Program-made: the position numbers and the translations under genes
Source of the DNA: a virus
IMG/VR virus record: IMGVR_UViG_3300045988_088815
Location: 32,001 to 96,000 of that record
Reading direction: 5' to 3' (one strand)
DNA: 64,000 nt
Notes under the pieces: generated by a model
Seen by the model: the letters and a program-made list of their open reading frames with translations, nothing else
Told to the model about the DNA's origin: nothing
Database searches by the model: none
Part shown: in pieces, positions 26,800 to 35,113 of the stretch
Numbering within the stretch: position 1 is the stretch's first letter
How the letters are laid out: every line of letters begins with the position of its first letter

Positions 26800-27121
26800 A
26801 TATGTTTGTGCCGATGGAGTAGAAAGAGGTATCTTGGAGTACCGTAACCATTGGTGGGAGAAGTGGGAGCCATTGCATCAGGACGGAAAGCTGGCTTATG
26901 TTTCATATATGGGAACGAAACCATATAAGTCATTGCAGGAAGAGTGCTTTGATGTACTTGGATTGAATGAAGAACAGATAAAGGTGCGTGAACAGATGTC
27001 CCGTTATATCTTGGATGCAGAAGAGGTATATGTTGGTGCTAGAATAGGCAACGAATATTATATCGGCTATGATGTTGATAATGATGAGAGTCTTGAAACG
27101 CTTAGAAATTTGGAGGAATAG
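26780..27121 (+). CDS. hypothetical protein
   Basis: 113-aa ORF from the first ATG. Confidence 0.55.
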   Translation: MKIRIVKYVCADGVERGILEYRNHWWEKWEPLHQDGKLAYVSYMGTKPYKSLQEECFDVLGLNEEQIKVREQMSRYILDAEEVYVGARIGNEYYIGYDVDNDESLETLRNLEE

Positions 27122-27123
27122 TT

Positions 27124-27420
27124 ATGATCGGAAAGATTTTTTCGGTTAATACCGATATTGTATATCGTAGAGAGGAGAGTTTGAATCTCTTCGAAGGCAA
27201 GAAAAAACTTGATAAGGTGGTGTCTGGTCGGGTATTCAAGGAACAAATCAAGTTGCTTGGTTTTACCATCAGGACAAAGTATTTTTATCAGATTTGCTGT
27301 CCACAAGTCAATATGAATGATACCCATGAGGTTATTGTATTGAATAAGGTCGAGGATTTGGTAAGGACAGAGTGCTATAACAAGGTTGTTGAATATTCTA
27401 ATAGAAAACATCATGCCTAG
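27124..27420 (+). CDS. hypothetical protein
   Basis: 98-aa ORF in the packed block. Confidence 0.5.
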   Translation: MIGKIFSVNTDIVYRREESLNLFEGKKKLDKVVSGRVFKEQIKLLGFTIRTKYFYQICCPQVNMNDTHEVIVLNKVEDLVRTECYNKVVEYSNRKHHA

Positions 27421-28237
27421 TGTTAATTGTTTCAGAAGAGTCTTGTTGAACGTAGGTGGCAAGAAGATAATTGTCAGTGTGCCGCATGGAATGACCGAAA
27501 CCGAAGTAAACAAGGTTATGATTGTTACTAGAGGTTATCTTCAGCAATATGTCTATGTTGAAATGGTGTTGGCAGAGTGCTTCATGCAGAAAATCGAAAA
27601 GAGTATTCTGAAGAAGAAATGCGTTAGGTTTGAAGTGAAGAAGAAGTGGGTGGACTGCAAGAAGAACCTTCGCAAGGCGATTAAGTATTATGACGCTTAT
27701 GTTCCTAATGCAGATTTCAATAACGAATTCGCAATGACGTTCTATGACAAGATTAGTGAAGACTTGTACAAGTTGCGAGATAAGCTTGCGGTGAGGTTAC
27801 AGAACTTAGGGATTGGTGAAAAATCGGGAGTTTATGCGAATGCAATCATCCTGTACAATCTGACCAACCTTTGTTTGGGAACTTACGAGAATATCATCCG
27901 TAAGCTGTATGAAGATTTGCATGTTAACTTAATGCAAGCGTTCAAGGATTTTGCTCCTATCTTGGCCTTTGAAAATTCTTATGACTTCATGGCATTGGTG
28001 ATGAATAAGGATTTCAAGAGACTTGCTGACCATTTGATGACTAAAGAGATTCTTTCTTATTTCGATAAGGTGAGAAACGGTGTCTTCAACGAACAGACTT
28101 TGAATGCAGCCGCTGTAAATGCGACAGAAGACTTGAAAGACGATGAGAAGGATTTGCAGAAAACTTATATCGGAATTAGTGACTTTATGAAGAGTGACTA
28201 TCCTTTGGAGAGTGTGACATCTAAGAAAGCAAGCTAA
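27413..28237 (+). CDS. hypothetical protein
   Basis: 274-aa ORF from the ATG overlapping the previous stop; the start is uncertain. Confidence 0.55.
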   Translation: MPSVNCFRRVLLNVGGKKIIVSVPHGMTETEVNKVMIVTRGYLQQYVYVEMVLAECFMQKIEKSILKKKCVRFEVKKKWVDCKKNLRKAIKYYDAYVPNADFNNEFAMTFYDKISEDLYKLRDKLAVRLQNLGIGEKSGVYANAIILYNLTNLCLGTYENIIRKLYEDLHVNLMQAFKDFAPILAFENSYDFMALVMNKDFKRLADHLMTKEILSYFDKVRNGVFNEQTLNAAAVNATEDLKDDEKDLQKTYIGISDFMKSDYPLESVTSKKAS

Positions 28238-28494
28238 TGAAAATCGAACCAAGTGAGTTCTTGCCTATAGGTAATGAATTTCAGAAAATCTTCGGAATAA
28301 GCTTTGGAAAATTCATTGATATGCGGTTTCTTTTAGCGAGAAAAGAGTTAGTCTTCAATCTACTGAAGTTCACAGATTGGCTTGAAGAGTGCTATCCGGA
28401 TGAGTGTTCCATTGATGGAGTGAGCTATAATGCTGTTGTCGAGCGAAAGTTTGGTAAGCGAGGTGTTAAAATGATTAAGAAGTTGATAGGATGA
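28237..28494 (+). CDS. hypothetical protein
   Basis: 85-aa ORF, overlaps on both sides. Confidence 0.5.
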   Translation: MKIEPSEFLPIGNEFQKIFGISFGKFIDMRFLLARKELVFNLLKFTDWLEECYPDECSIDGVSYNAVVERKFGKRGVKMIKKLIG

Positions 28495-29216
28495 AGTACA
28501 TGGGTAGTAAGGCTAGAATCGTGCATGAAATATTGCCGATTATGCTGGACAAGGAACATGATACGTTTGTAGATGCTTTCTGTGGTGGTTGTAGCGTTAT
28601 TGAGAACGTTCCGGATACGTATCGCAGGATTGCCAACGATAAGAATAGGTATCTTATCGAAATGTGGAAGTATCTTCTGAATGATGGGTTTGTCTTCAAC
28701 CATATTAGTAAGACGTTGTATAACTTTGCAAGAGACTGCTATCACGGAAAGAATAATTTCTTCACAGAAGCAGGTGTCGGACTAATTGACTTTATGGCGA
28801 GCTTTAATGGCCGATTCTTTGATGGTGGCTATAGCGGACATAATGTTGTCGGCAAGAACGGAAAGGCAAGAGATTACATAAGGGAGCAGATAGAAAACAC
28901 AATGCGTGATGTGCCTCTTCTCAAAGGTGTTGAGTTCTATAGCGGCAGTTATGATGAACTTGTGATACCGGATAGGAGTATAGTGTATTGCGATTTGCCT
29001 TACAAAGCTACAAAAAAGTATGATGTATCAAAGAATTTCGATTACGAAAGATTCTATATATGGTGCATGGAAATGGCTAGGAGAGGTCATAAGGTATTTA
29101 TCAGCGAATACCAGATGCCCCAAGAGTTCAGATGTGTTTGGGAAAAGGAAGTAACCAATTCCCTTAACCCGAATATTACAAAGAGACCTATTGAAAGGTT
29201 GTTTACTATTGATTAG
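28491..29216 (+). CDS. dam: DNA N6-adenine methyltransferase (Dam/D12 class)
   Basis: MKYMGSKARI, FVDAFCGGCSV (SAM motif) and the DPPY-type motif CDLPY. Confidence 0.85.
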   Translation: MKYMGSKARIVHEILPIMLDKEHDTFVDAFCGGCSVIENVPDTYRRIANDKNRYLIEMWKYLLNDGFVFNHISKTLYNFARDCYHGKNNFFTEAGVGLIDFMASFNGRFFDGGYSGHNVVGKNGKARDYIREQIENTMRDVPLLKGVEFYSGSYDELVIPDRSIVYCDLPYKATKKYDVSKNFDYERFYIWCMEMARRGHKVFISEYQMPQEFRCVWEKEVTNSLNPNITKRPIERLFTID

Positions 29217-29225
29217 AATGAAGAA

Positions 29226-29384
29226 ATGAAAGGAACTTATTGCTTGGAGGATACGCTTTACAATACAAAGCGTTACTTCACTATGGAGAATGGAGTGGTG
29301 TCAGGAACAGAACTTGCACAAGAAGACTTTAACGTGTTCCTTGATCTTGCAAGTCGGCTTGGTTATAATGTAGTGAAATTATGA
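29226..29384 (+). CDS. small hypothetical protein (52 aa, below ORF-track cut-off)
   Basis: Hand translation MKGTYCLEDTLYNT...GYNVVKL; ATGA overlap with the next ORF. Confidence 0.4.
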   Translation: MKGTYCLEDTLYNTKRYFTMENGVVSGTELAQEDFNVFLDLASRLGYNVVKL

Positions 29385-29542
29385 CTAGGCGAGTACACAA
29401 GGATTGTCCGTTCACGGCAGAAGAATTGGATGAGTTCAGAGCAGCTTTGTATAATGTGAATACATCTTTTCACTGCTGTAATGCAGCTCCGGTAGACTGG
29501 GCGGCAGGATGGCAGCGGAATGATATAAGAAAGACGAGGTAG
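29381..29542 (+). CDS. small hypothetical protein (53 aa, below ORF-track cut-off)
   Basis: Hand translation MTRRVHKDCPFTAEELDEF...; preferred over the antisense 68-aa track ORF. Confidence 0.4.
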   Translation: MTRRVHKDCPFTAEELDEFRAALYNVNTSFHCCNAAPVDWAAGWQRNDIRKTR

Positions 29543-29564
29543 GATTTCCATAATCGACCAAATA

Positions 29565-29750
29565 CCCACGTGTCAAAGCCGTGTGATGCCCAGCGTGGGG
29601 GCGGGATTGTAAACTTAGGAGTCACACGGCTTTATTTTGAAGTTTCATAACTACAAATAGCCTATCGCTAATGGTTGTTCCCTTGGGCAGGGAGATAGTT
29701 AATACCGCATCGTAAGATGTGAACACTTAAAATTTGCCGACAACCATTGG
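29565..29750 (+). other. structured non-coding region upstream of tnpB (possible element left end, terminator or ncRNA)
   Basis: 12-bp stem AAAGCCGTGTGA / TCACACGGCTTT, long-range stem AATGGTTGT / ACAACCATT, and inner hairpins TCCCT-TGGGC-AGGGA and CATC-GTAA-GATG. Confidence 0.4.
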
Positions 29751-29814
29751 CACTTTAATTATAAAACAGGTGAAAGTTCTTGCCGATTTCCTTGCATATA
29801 TGAAAGAAATTTCG

Positions 29815-29859
29815 TATCTTTGCAAGTGAATTTCGGTGAGACACACCTTTCAAAAACTG
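29815..29859 (+). promoter_or_regulatory. promoter (-7 TATCTTTG) plus conserved leader motif, copy D, driving tnpB
   Basis: TATCTTTGCAAGTGAATTTCGGTGAGACACACCTTTCAAAAACTG. Confidence 0.65.
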
Positions 29860-29875
29860 GTTAAAATTTAAGAAT

Positions 29876-31012
29876 ATGATTTCATACAAGTACAAGCTAT
29901 ATCGGACGAAGAAGACGAAGCATTTGGATAAGATGCTCCGTGAGGCTTGCTATGTTTGGAATCACGCTCTTGCCTTGCAGAAGAGATATTATAAGCTGTA
30001 TCACAAGTACATTCCAAGATTTACTATGTATAAGCATTTCTCTAAGTGTTATAAACCAACATTGCTTAATTGTCAAACAGTTAGGGAGGTGTTGGATAGA
30101 TTGGATATATCTTACAAGCGTTTCTTCAAGCATGATGCGAAGCGTCCACCAAAATTTAAGAAAGCAATAGAATTTGGTTCATTTGCCTTTCAACAAAATG
30201 GCTATTCCCTTAGTGGAAACGAGTTTGTGATAAACAAGATAAAGAAGTCATTTAAGTTCTCTCTGAGCCGTCCCTACGATGGTAAGGTCAAGAGGGTGTC
30301 GGTCAAGCGAAACAAGTTGGGCGAGTACTTTATCGTCCTTTGCTTAGACAAGCAAGCCGAGTCTTACGGAAAGTCACATGATGGTGCATCCGTGGGCATC
30401 GACTTTGGATTGAAGAAGTACATGACTTTGAGCGATGGGCGTGAGATTGATAATCCTCAGTTCCTTAAAACTGACTTGTTGGAGCTTAGACGCAGGTCTC
30501 GCAACCTCTCGAAGTGCAAGAAGGGCAGCAATAACCGCAAGCGCAAGAAGCTGGAGTTGGAGCGATTGTATCAAAACATCGTGAACAAGCGTTCCGATTT
30601 CCAGTGGAAGATGGCGCATGAGTTGTGCAAGCGTTATGACTTGATTTGCTTGGAGGATTTGAACTTGGAGGGAATGAAGCGTAATTGGGGACGCAAGATG
30701 TCTGACTTGGCTCATGGCGATTTCGTTGTGAAGTTGGAACACGTTGCGAAAAAATATGGCGTTCAGGTTCATAAGATTGACCGATTCTTCCCTTCGAGCC
30801 GCCTTTGTACTTGTGGTTATAAGAATGATAAGCTGTCATTGAGTGATAGGGTTTGGACTTGTCCTATTTGTGGTGCAGTTCATCCTAGAGACCTCTTTGC
30901 AGCTGAGAATATACTTCGGCAGGGCATTGCCGAATTGGGTAGTGGTAGTAAGCCGTCCGAGCAATCGCAAGGGTGCAGCCACGTTAGTCACCCAACAATT
31001 CCTTGCAAGTAG
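29876..31012 (+). CDS. tnpB: TnpB (OrfB) RNA-guided nuclease
   Basis: RuvC motifs GIDFGLK, CLEDLNL and HPRDLFAAENI, plus the zinc finger CTCGY...CPICG; typical YKYKLY N-terminus. Confidence 0.9.
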   Translation: MISYKYKLYRTKKTKHLDKMLREACYVWNHALALQKRYYKLYHKYIPRFTMYKHFSKCYKPTLLNCQTVREVLDRLDISYKRFFKHDAKRPPKFKKAIEFGSFAFQQNGYSLSGNEFVINKIKKSFKFSLSRPYDGKVKRVSVKRNKLGEYFIVLCLDKQAESYGKSHDGASVGIDFGLKKYMTLSDGREIDNPQFLKTDLLELRRRSRNLSKCKKGSNNRKRKKLELERLYQNIVNKRSDFQWKMAHELCKRYDLICLEDLNLEGMKRNWGRKMSDLAHGDFVVKLEHVAKKYGVQVHKIDRFFPSSRLCTCGYKNDKLSLSDRVWTCPICGAVHPRDLFAAENILRQGIAELGSGSKPSEQSQGCSHVSHPTIPCK

Positions 31013-31085
31013 CGAGGGAGTATGTCATCAAACCAGGTCACTGGGGAGGTGTTGACACCAACAAGGGTTTAAATCCCTTGTCATC
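30890..31085 (+). ncRNA. candidate omega (right-end) RNA of TnpB
   Basis: By analogy with known TnpB loci, the scaffold overlaps the tnpB 3' end. Hairpins GGTGT-TG-ACACC (31048) and ACAAGGG-TTTAAAT-CCCTTGT (31061-31081). The extent is guessed. Confidence 0.35.
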
Positions 31086-31108
31086 CACTAATTTTAAAAG
31101 GTTAAATT

Positions 31109-31336
31109 ATGAATGAGTATTGTGAGAATTTGATTTCAAATGGAGTTCCTAGCTGGATAGTAGAGGAGGCTTATAAATTTACAATTGAGCCTTTGAAATC
31201 AACAGAAGGCTTGGTAGGAATTGATAAGGAAAATAGTGAGCTATATAGAAATGTCATTATCGCAGCCTACATTGAGGGTGCTAGTGCTACATTGGTAAAA
31301 GTGCAAAGATATTATGGCGGTGAGGAACATAGTTAG
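31109..31336 (+). CDS. hypothetical protein
   Basis: 75-aa ORF in the packed block. Confidence 0.5.
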   Translation: MNEYCENLISNGVPSWIVEEAYKFTIEPLKSTEGLVGIDKENSELYRNVIIAAYIEGASATLVKVQRYYGGEEHS

Positions 31337-31553
31337 ACAATGGAACGAGGCAACAGAAGGATATTCGTACCGCTTTAAAGGTGGAGATATTTTCCTCCGG
31401 TTGGTTAAGGCTGAAGGCAGTTATGAATTGCGTAACCCTATAGGTTATGGTGTTCAAGTAGTCAAATGCAAAGACTTGGATGAAGCAGATACAAAAGCCA
31501 AGGAAGTGCTAGAAGCGTTTTTTGAAGACAAAGTAAACATAAAAGTTATTTGA
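31314..31553 (+). CDS. hypothetical protein
   Basis: 79-aa ORF in the packed block. Confidence 0.5.
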   Translation: MAVRNIVRQWNEATEGYSYRFKGGDIFLRLVKAEGSYELRNPIGYGVQVVKCKDLDEADTKAKEVLEAFFEDKVNIKVI

Positions 31554-31555
31554 TT

Positions 31556-31825
31556 ATGGACTTAGAAATGTTGATTGATAAGATAGACTTTAGTCAAGGT
31601 GCAAGGCAGATAGCCAAGCAAGCCTTGGAGTTGGGAATGAAATATCAAAAGGAAGGTGCTTGGCATTCGGTTGAAGAATTGCCGGAGTACAACAGACGCA
31701 TTGTCGGTCTGACTAAGGTTCGTAAGCGTTTCAAGCATCTGAATTTCTTAGGCGAGGAATGGTGGAATAGGTTCACGAAATCAAACGCCATCTATAAATG
31801 GGCTTATGTGGATGATTTGATATGA
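31556..31825 (+). CDS. hypothetical protein
   Basis: 89-aa ORF from the first ATG. Confidence 0.5.
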   Translation: MDLEMLIDKIDFSQGARQIAKQALELGMKYQKEGAWHSVEELPEYNRRIVGLTKVRKRFKHLNFLGEEWWNRFTKSNAIYKWAYVDDLI

Positions 31826-31870
31826 TAGTAATCGTAGAAATCCATAATGCTATTTTGTTTTAAAGGTTTG

Positions 31871-31911
31871 CCCCATCACTATATAATAATGTAGTGGTGG
31901 GGATTTTTTTG
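31871..31911 (+). terminator. intrinsic terminator
   Basis: CCCCATCACTA / GTAGTGGTGGGG stem followed by ATTTTTTT. Confidence 0.8.
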
Positions 31912-31963
31912 TGTTAACGTCAGTAAATTATCGGTGTTATATGTTATGATATATTAAAGAACA

Positions 31964-32074
31964 AAAGAAACACATTAAAAAGTTTGCATATTTCGGATAT
32001 TCTTTGTATCTTTGCATTGTAATTAAGAAACAAGGTTACTAATTTAAAAAAGGTGAGACACACCACAAAAACTG
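31964..32074 (+). promoter_or_regulatory. promoter/leader cassette copy B (-7 at 32007, leader motif at 32052)
   Basis: The 64-nt core differs from copy C at a single position. Confidence 0.7.
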
Positions 32075-32084
32075 TAAGAAGAAA

Positions 32085-32345
32085 GTGGAAAAGAATAATG
32101 TTTATGTAGAGGTGTTGACAAAGATTGCCAGCCTCATGGGTAGAACAAAGGAGTCTATCCAGATGTCGTCTTCAAATACTCATACGAGTATTACGATGTT
32201 TGCCGAAAATAATAGCAAGATTATTGGAAATTGGTATTTTGATGCTTCCGATAGCAAGGAGTTGGTGGATGCTACCTTCAATGGTCTGAAGGCTTTGGTT
32301 GAGTCTCTTGAGCACAATAAGAGCAATGACGGACAAGCAGCGTAA
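32085..32345 (+). CDS. hypothetical protein (GTG start in track; start uncertain)
   Basis: 86-aa ORF directly after the leader motif. Confidence 0.5.
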   Translation: MEKNNVYVEVLTKIASLMGRTKESIQMSSSNTHTSITMFAENNSKIIGNWYFDASDSKELVDATFNGLKALVESLEHNKSNDGQAA

Positions 32346-32574
32346 GTACATAGAAAGTCTTATCAAGAAAGTGTTTCGTAATGCAGATTCGCAGAGCGAA
32401 ATACTTTCCAGATTGGATAGGGTTAAGATTTCAAGCCATCAAGCTTCAGTAATGATACATGCATTGAAGTTAGAGTGCAACATCGGTCGTTCCGTTCCGG
32501 CATATATGTTAATGGCAAACAATCTAAATCCAAAAATGGATGAGTTCTTTAGTATATTAGGGTACGATGAATGA
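32326..32574 (+). CDS. hypothetical protein
   Basis: 82-aa ORF from an internal ATG. Confidence 0.5.
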   Translation: MTDKQRKYIESLIKKVFRNADSQSEILSRLDRVKISSHQASVMIHALKLECNIGRSVPAYMLMANNLNPKMDEFFSILGYDE

Positions 32575-32603
32575 CGTATTCTTCAAGAAGAAAAGAAGTT
32601 GAT

Positions 32604-32879
32604 ATGAAAAAGGTAATTATGATAATAGCCGTTGCCGCCATTTTGGTAGGTTGTAAAGGTAAGGGTACAAGAGTCCAAATCTCGGATTCTGTTGACAAAT
32701 TCAAGGTCGAGAAATTGTTTGTTGTAGATAGTATAACAGTGTACAGGTTTTATGACCAAGGAAATGCTATCTATTTCACTAACCGGAAAGGTAGGGTAGA
32801 TGCGACCCATTCCGAGTACAATCCGGTTACTCATACATACAATGACGAGGTTAACGAAACTTTATGTGAAGGAGATTGA
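32604..32879 (+). CDS. lipoprotein
   Basis: MKKVIMIIAVAAILVGCKG is a signal peptide plus lipobox. Confidence 0.6.
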   Translation: MKKVIMIIAVAAILVGCKGKGTRVQISDSVDKFKVEKLFVVDSITVYRFYDQGNAIYFTNRKGRVDATHSEYNPVTHTYNDEVNETLCEGD

Positions 32880-32881
32880 AA

Positions 32882-33094
32882 ATGAATAAACGAAAATGCA
32901 AGAAGTTATTCTACAAGGAGAGTGCTAAATGGCTTTTGAAAAGAGGTTGGACTGACGGTTATATAAGTCCTAATACTATAAAATATGTAGTAAGAAAGTT
33001 AGAAAAACTCACAAAGTTAAAACTTTTATACTACTTACATAATAAAGTTGAAGAAGATTGCTTTGTGATAAGGAAGGAGGTGAACAATGACTAA
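32882..33094 (+). CDS. hypothetical protein
   Basis: 70-aa basic ORF. Confidence 0.45.
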   Translation: MNKRKCKKLFYKESAKWLLKRGWTDGYISPNTIKYVVRKLEKLTKLKLLYYLHNKVEEDCFVIRKEVNND

Positions 33095-33293
33095 ATGGTA
33101 CCCTGCAAAAGAAGCTCCAAACTACGAAGAATGGATTCTTACAGAATGGTATGATGGAGACGATGGATGTATTAAGTACGATGCTGATTATCTTTACTGT
33201 CTTGTTTATTGGAAAGATTATGTAAAGAGAAACAACATCACAAAGTGGTGCTATATTGATGATTTACTGCCAAAGAAAGGAGATGAGCAATGA
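33087..33293 (+). CDS. hypothetical protein
   Basis: 68-aa ORF. Confidence 0.45.
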   Translation: MTKWYPAKEAPNYEEWILTEWYDGDDGCIKYDADYLYCLVYWKDYVKRNNITKWCYIDDLLPKKGDEQ

Positions 33294-33451
33294 AAACATT
33301 TATCTTTGATGTTATGCTCAACGGAAGATTTGTCTGCACGTTAAAGTATAAATATTGTGCGCTCTTCCCGATAGATTTTGAAGATTTAGAAAAGTTCGTC
33401 CTCCAAAAGAGACCTACTTTGAAAGGTTATGATTTTAGAATTATGTTTTAA
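33290..33451 (+). CDS. small hypothetical protein (53 aa)
   Basis: Hand translation MKTFIFDVMLNGRF...; ATGA overlap. Confidence 0.4.
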   Translation: MKTFIFDVMLNGRFVCTLKYKYCALFPIDFEDLEKFVLQKRPTLKGYDFRIMF

Positions 33452-33463
33452 GGAGTAAAGCGT

Positions 33464-33613
33464 ATGTATTTTGAATATAGAATAGTCAAAATTGAGAAAG
33501 GTTTGTTTTTCATCGAGTATAAGACCGCTCCTTATGGAGTTTGGCATGAAGTAGATAAAAAGTTCAAAACTAAGCCAAAGGCAGAAGCTTGGGCTAGAAA
33601 GAACTTAGTTTAA
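33464..33613 (+). CDS. small hypothetical protein (49 aa)
   Basis: Hand translation MYFEYRIVKIEKG...; preceded by the GTAAAGCGTATG junction. Confidence 0.4.
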   Translation: MYFEYRIVKIEKGLFFIEYKTAPYGVWHEVDKKFKTKPKAEAWARKNLV

Positions 33614-33626
33614 TGAAGTAAAGCGT

Positions 33627-33860
33627 ATGAATGGATTGTTATCAATGATTGGTATGCAAACTGAATTGGAATACCAAATGGGTGATGATTTTCCTTTCGG
33701 TGTTCCACGTATCAGATTTAATGTTCCAAATGGCAACATTCCATCCGATAAGCAGAAGTGCCAGCCAAAGGCGCAGCATGAGTTCACCATCAAAGGTATT
33801 AAGATTATGGCAGCTTCAAAGAAAGATGCTATTAAGAAGTTTAATCATCGTAAAAAGTAA
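33627..33860 (+). CDS. hypothetical protein
   Basis: 77-aa ORF preceded by the GTAAAGCGTATG junction. Confidence 0.5.
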   Translation: MNGLLSMIGMQTELEYQMGDDFPFGVPRIRFNVPNGNIPSDKQKCQPKAQHEFTIKGIKIMAASKKDAIKKFNHRKK

Positions 33861-33865
33861 AGCGT

Positions 33866-34408
33866 ATGTTGTACGAAGCAAAACAGGGAAGTAAGGCTTA
33901 TGAATACATTAAGAGTATTCTCGATGCTGAATTTGAAGAGCATCAATCATACATGAAACGAGTAGAAGAAGCCGTTGGCTTCGAGTTTGAGAAGTATCAA
34001 GGTTATCAGCCTAACCGCAGTCTGCTGCGAGAATATGAAATAACCGCCATCTGGATACCATCCGAGCGTTTCGCCACGCTAGATAAAAAAGTATGGAGAA
34101 AGGTAGATAGCAAAATGCTAGAGGATGGCTATTATGTAGCCGTAGCGCCTAACAAGCGATATAAGCAGGGCAAGGCTGTCGCCGCCGTACTTGCATCCTA
34201 CAAGGCTATCACCAACCATTTCAAGATATTGAATGAGTTGGGCATAGGGGATTCTCAAAGTGGTTCTATCTCCATCACTCAGCTTCTCCGTCACAAAGAC
34301 CGCATTTTCGCCTTCTTCGATGATGGCATCCGAGCAGAGAAATGTAACTCCGATTTCAAGGAAATCACGATAGGTGAATATGAGGATCTTATTAATAGCA
34401 AAGATTAA
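33866..34408 (+). CDS. hypothetical protein
   Basis: 180-aa ORF preceded by the GTAAAGCGTATG junction. Confidence 0.6.
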   Translation: MLYEAKQGSKAYEYIKSILDAEFEEHQSYMKRVEEAVGFEFEKYQGYQPNRSLLREYEITAIWIPSERFATLDKKVWRKVDSKMLEDGYYVAVAPNKRYKQGKAVAAVLASYKAITNHFKILNELGIGDSQSGSISITQLLRHKDRIFAFFDDGIRAEKCNSDFKEITIGEYEDLINSKD

Positions 34409-34413
34409 AGCGT

Positions 34414-34803
34414 ATGGCACAGAAATATATTGAAGATGACTTTGTGATGACAAGAACAGAGCCAAACAACTTTACACCAAATGGTGTTGTTTGTAAGTTT
34501 GTTGACTATGAAACAATAGACAAAGTGTTATTAAGAGCGATTAATGGCATTGATGGATTTATTGTAGAAAAAGGTCAGTTTGTTCCTATTCCTCTTACCC
34601 CATCCATTCTAGAGAAGAATGGATGGGAACATAAGGACGATATATATTTCAAGGAATTTCCACACCGAAAGCTTGTAATCATGGATGAGAATGCATATAT
34701 AATCAATGAATGTTGTTCGATGTTTCTTTGTCCAGCCAAGTTTGTTCCACAACTCCAGCACCTTCTCTTCGGTCTTGGTCTTAATCACAAAATGGAGGTG
34801 TAG
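34414..34803 (+). CDS. hypothetical protein
   Basis: 129-aa ORF preceded by the TTAAAGCGTATG junction. Confidence 0.6.
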   Translation: MAQKYIEDDFVMTRTEPNNFTPNGVVCKFVDYETIDKVLLRAINGIDGFIVEKGQFVPIPLTPSILEKNGWEHKDDIYFKEFPHRKLVIMDENAYIINECCSMFLCPAKFVPQLQHLLFGLGLNHKMEV

Positions 34804-34805
34804 GT

Positions 34806-34946
34806 ATGGATGCAATGTTTCAAGTTTGTAAATATTGCAAGCATGCAAAACCAACTGAAACAGATTTACTTTATTGTGAGATTTGGAAACGGAAGGTATG
34901 TGAGCATGAAAGTTGTGACGGAGATTCTGAAAACTATTTTGAATAA
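34806..34946 (+). CDS. small zinc-ribbon-like protein (46 aa)
   Basis: Hand translation with CKYC...C...CEHESC. Confidence 0.4.
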   Translation: MDAMFQVCKYCKHAKPTETDLLYCEIWKRKVCEHESCDGDSENYFE

Positions 34947-34981
34947 GTTTATAACGCCTTCAGACATAAATAAATAGTAAT

Positions 34982-35113
34982 ATGAATGCAACAGAAGCAA
35001 AGAAGACGCTATTTGAGATTAGAAAAAATCTTATTGACGATAAGCAGAAGCATGCTATTTGGTTAGCAATCAAAGCTATTGATTATTGTATAAGATTGAG
35101 GAAAGGATATTAA
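34982..35113 (+). CDS. small hypothetical protein (43 aa)
   Basis: Hand translation MNATEAKKTLFEIRKN... Confidence 0.35.
   Translation: MNATEAKKTLFEIRKNLIDDKQKHAIWLAIKAIDYCIRLRKGY

Larger units (their letters stand above)
29565..31085 (+). mobile_element. IS200/IS605-family solo TnpB element (boundaries approximate, no tnpA)
   Basis: A tnpB ORF flanked by structured non-coding DNA on both sides; the ends are not defined by sequence alone. Confidence 0.5.

Noticed and set aside
29363-29569. The 68-aa minus-strand track ORF
   Set aside because: It is antisense to two tightly coupled + strand mini-ORFs (29226-29384, 29381-29542) that continue the + strand operon, and it has no minus-strand promoter box.
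29565-29750. The structured region as a tRNA or tmRNA
   Set aside because: There is no cloverleaf with a T-loop (GTTCRANYC-type) or acceptor-stem arrangement. I saw no tRNA-like sequence elsewhere in the window either.
31048-31059. GGTGTTGACACC near the tnpB right end as another copy or target of the GGTGAGACACACC leader motif
   Set aside because: It shares only the GGTG/CACC arms, lacks the AAAAACTG tail and has no promoter context. It is probably just a scaffold hairpin.
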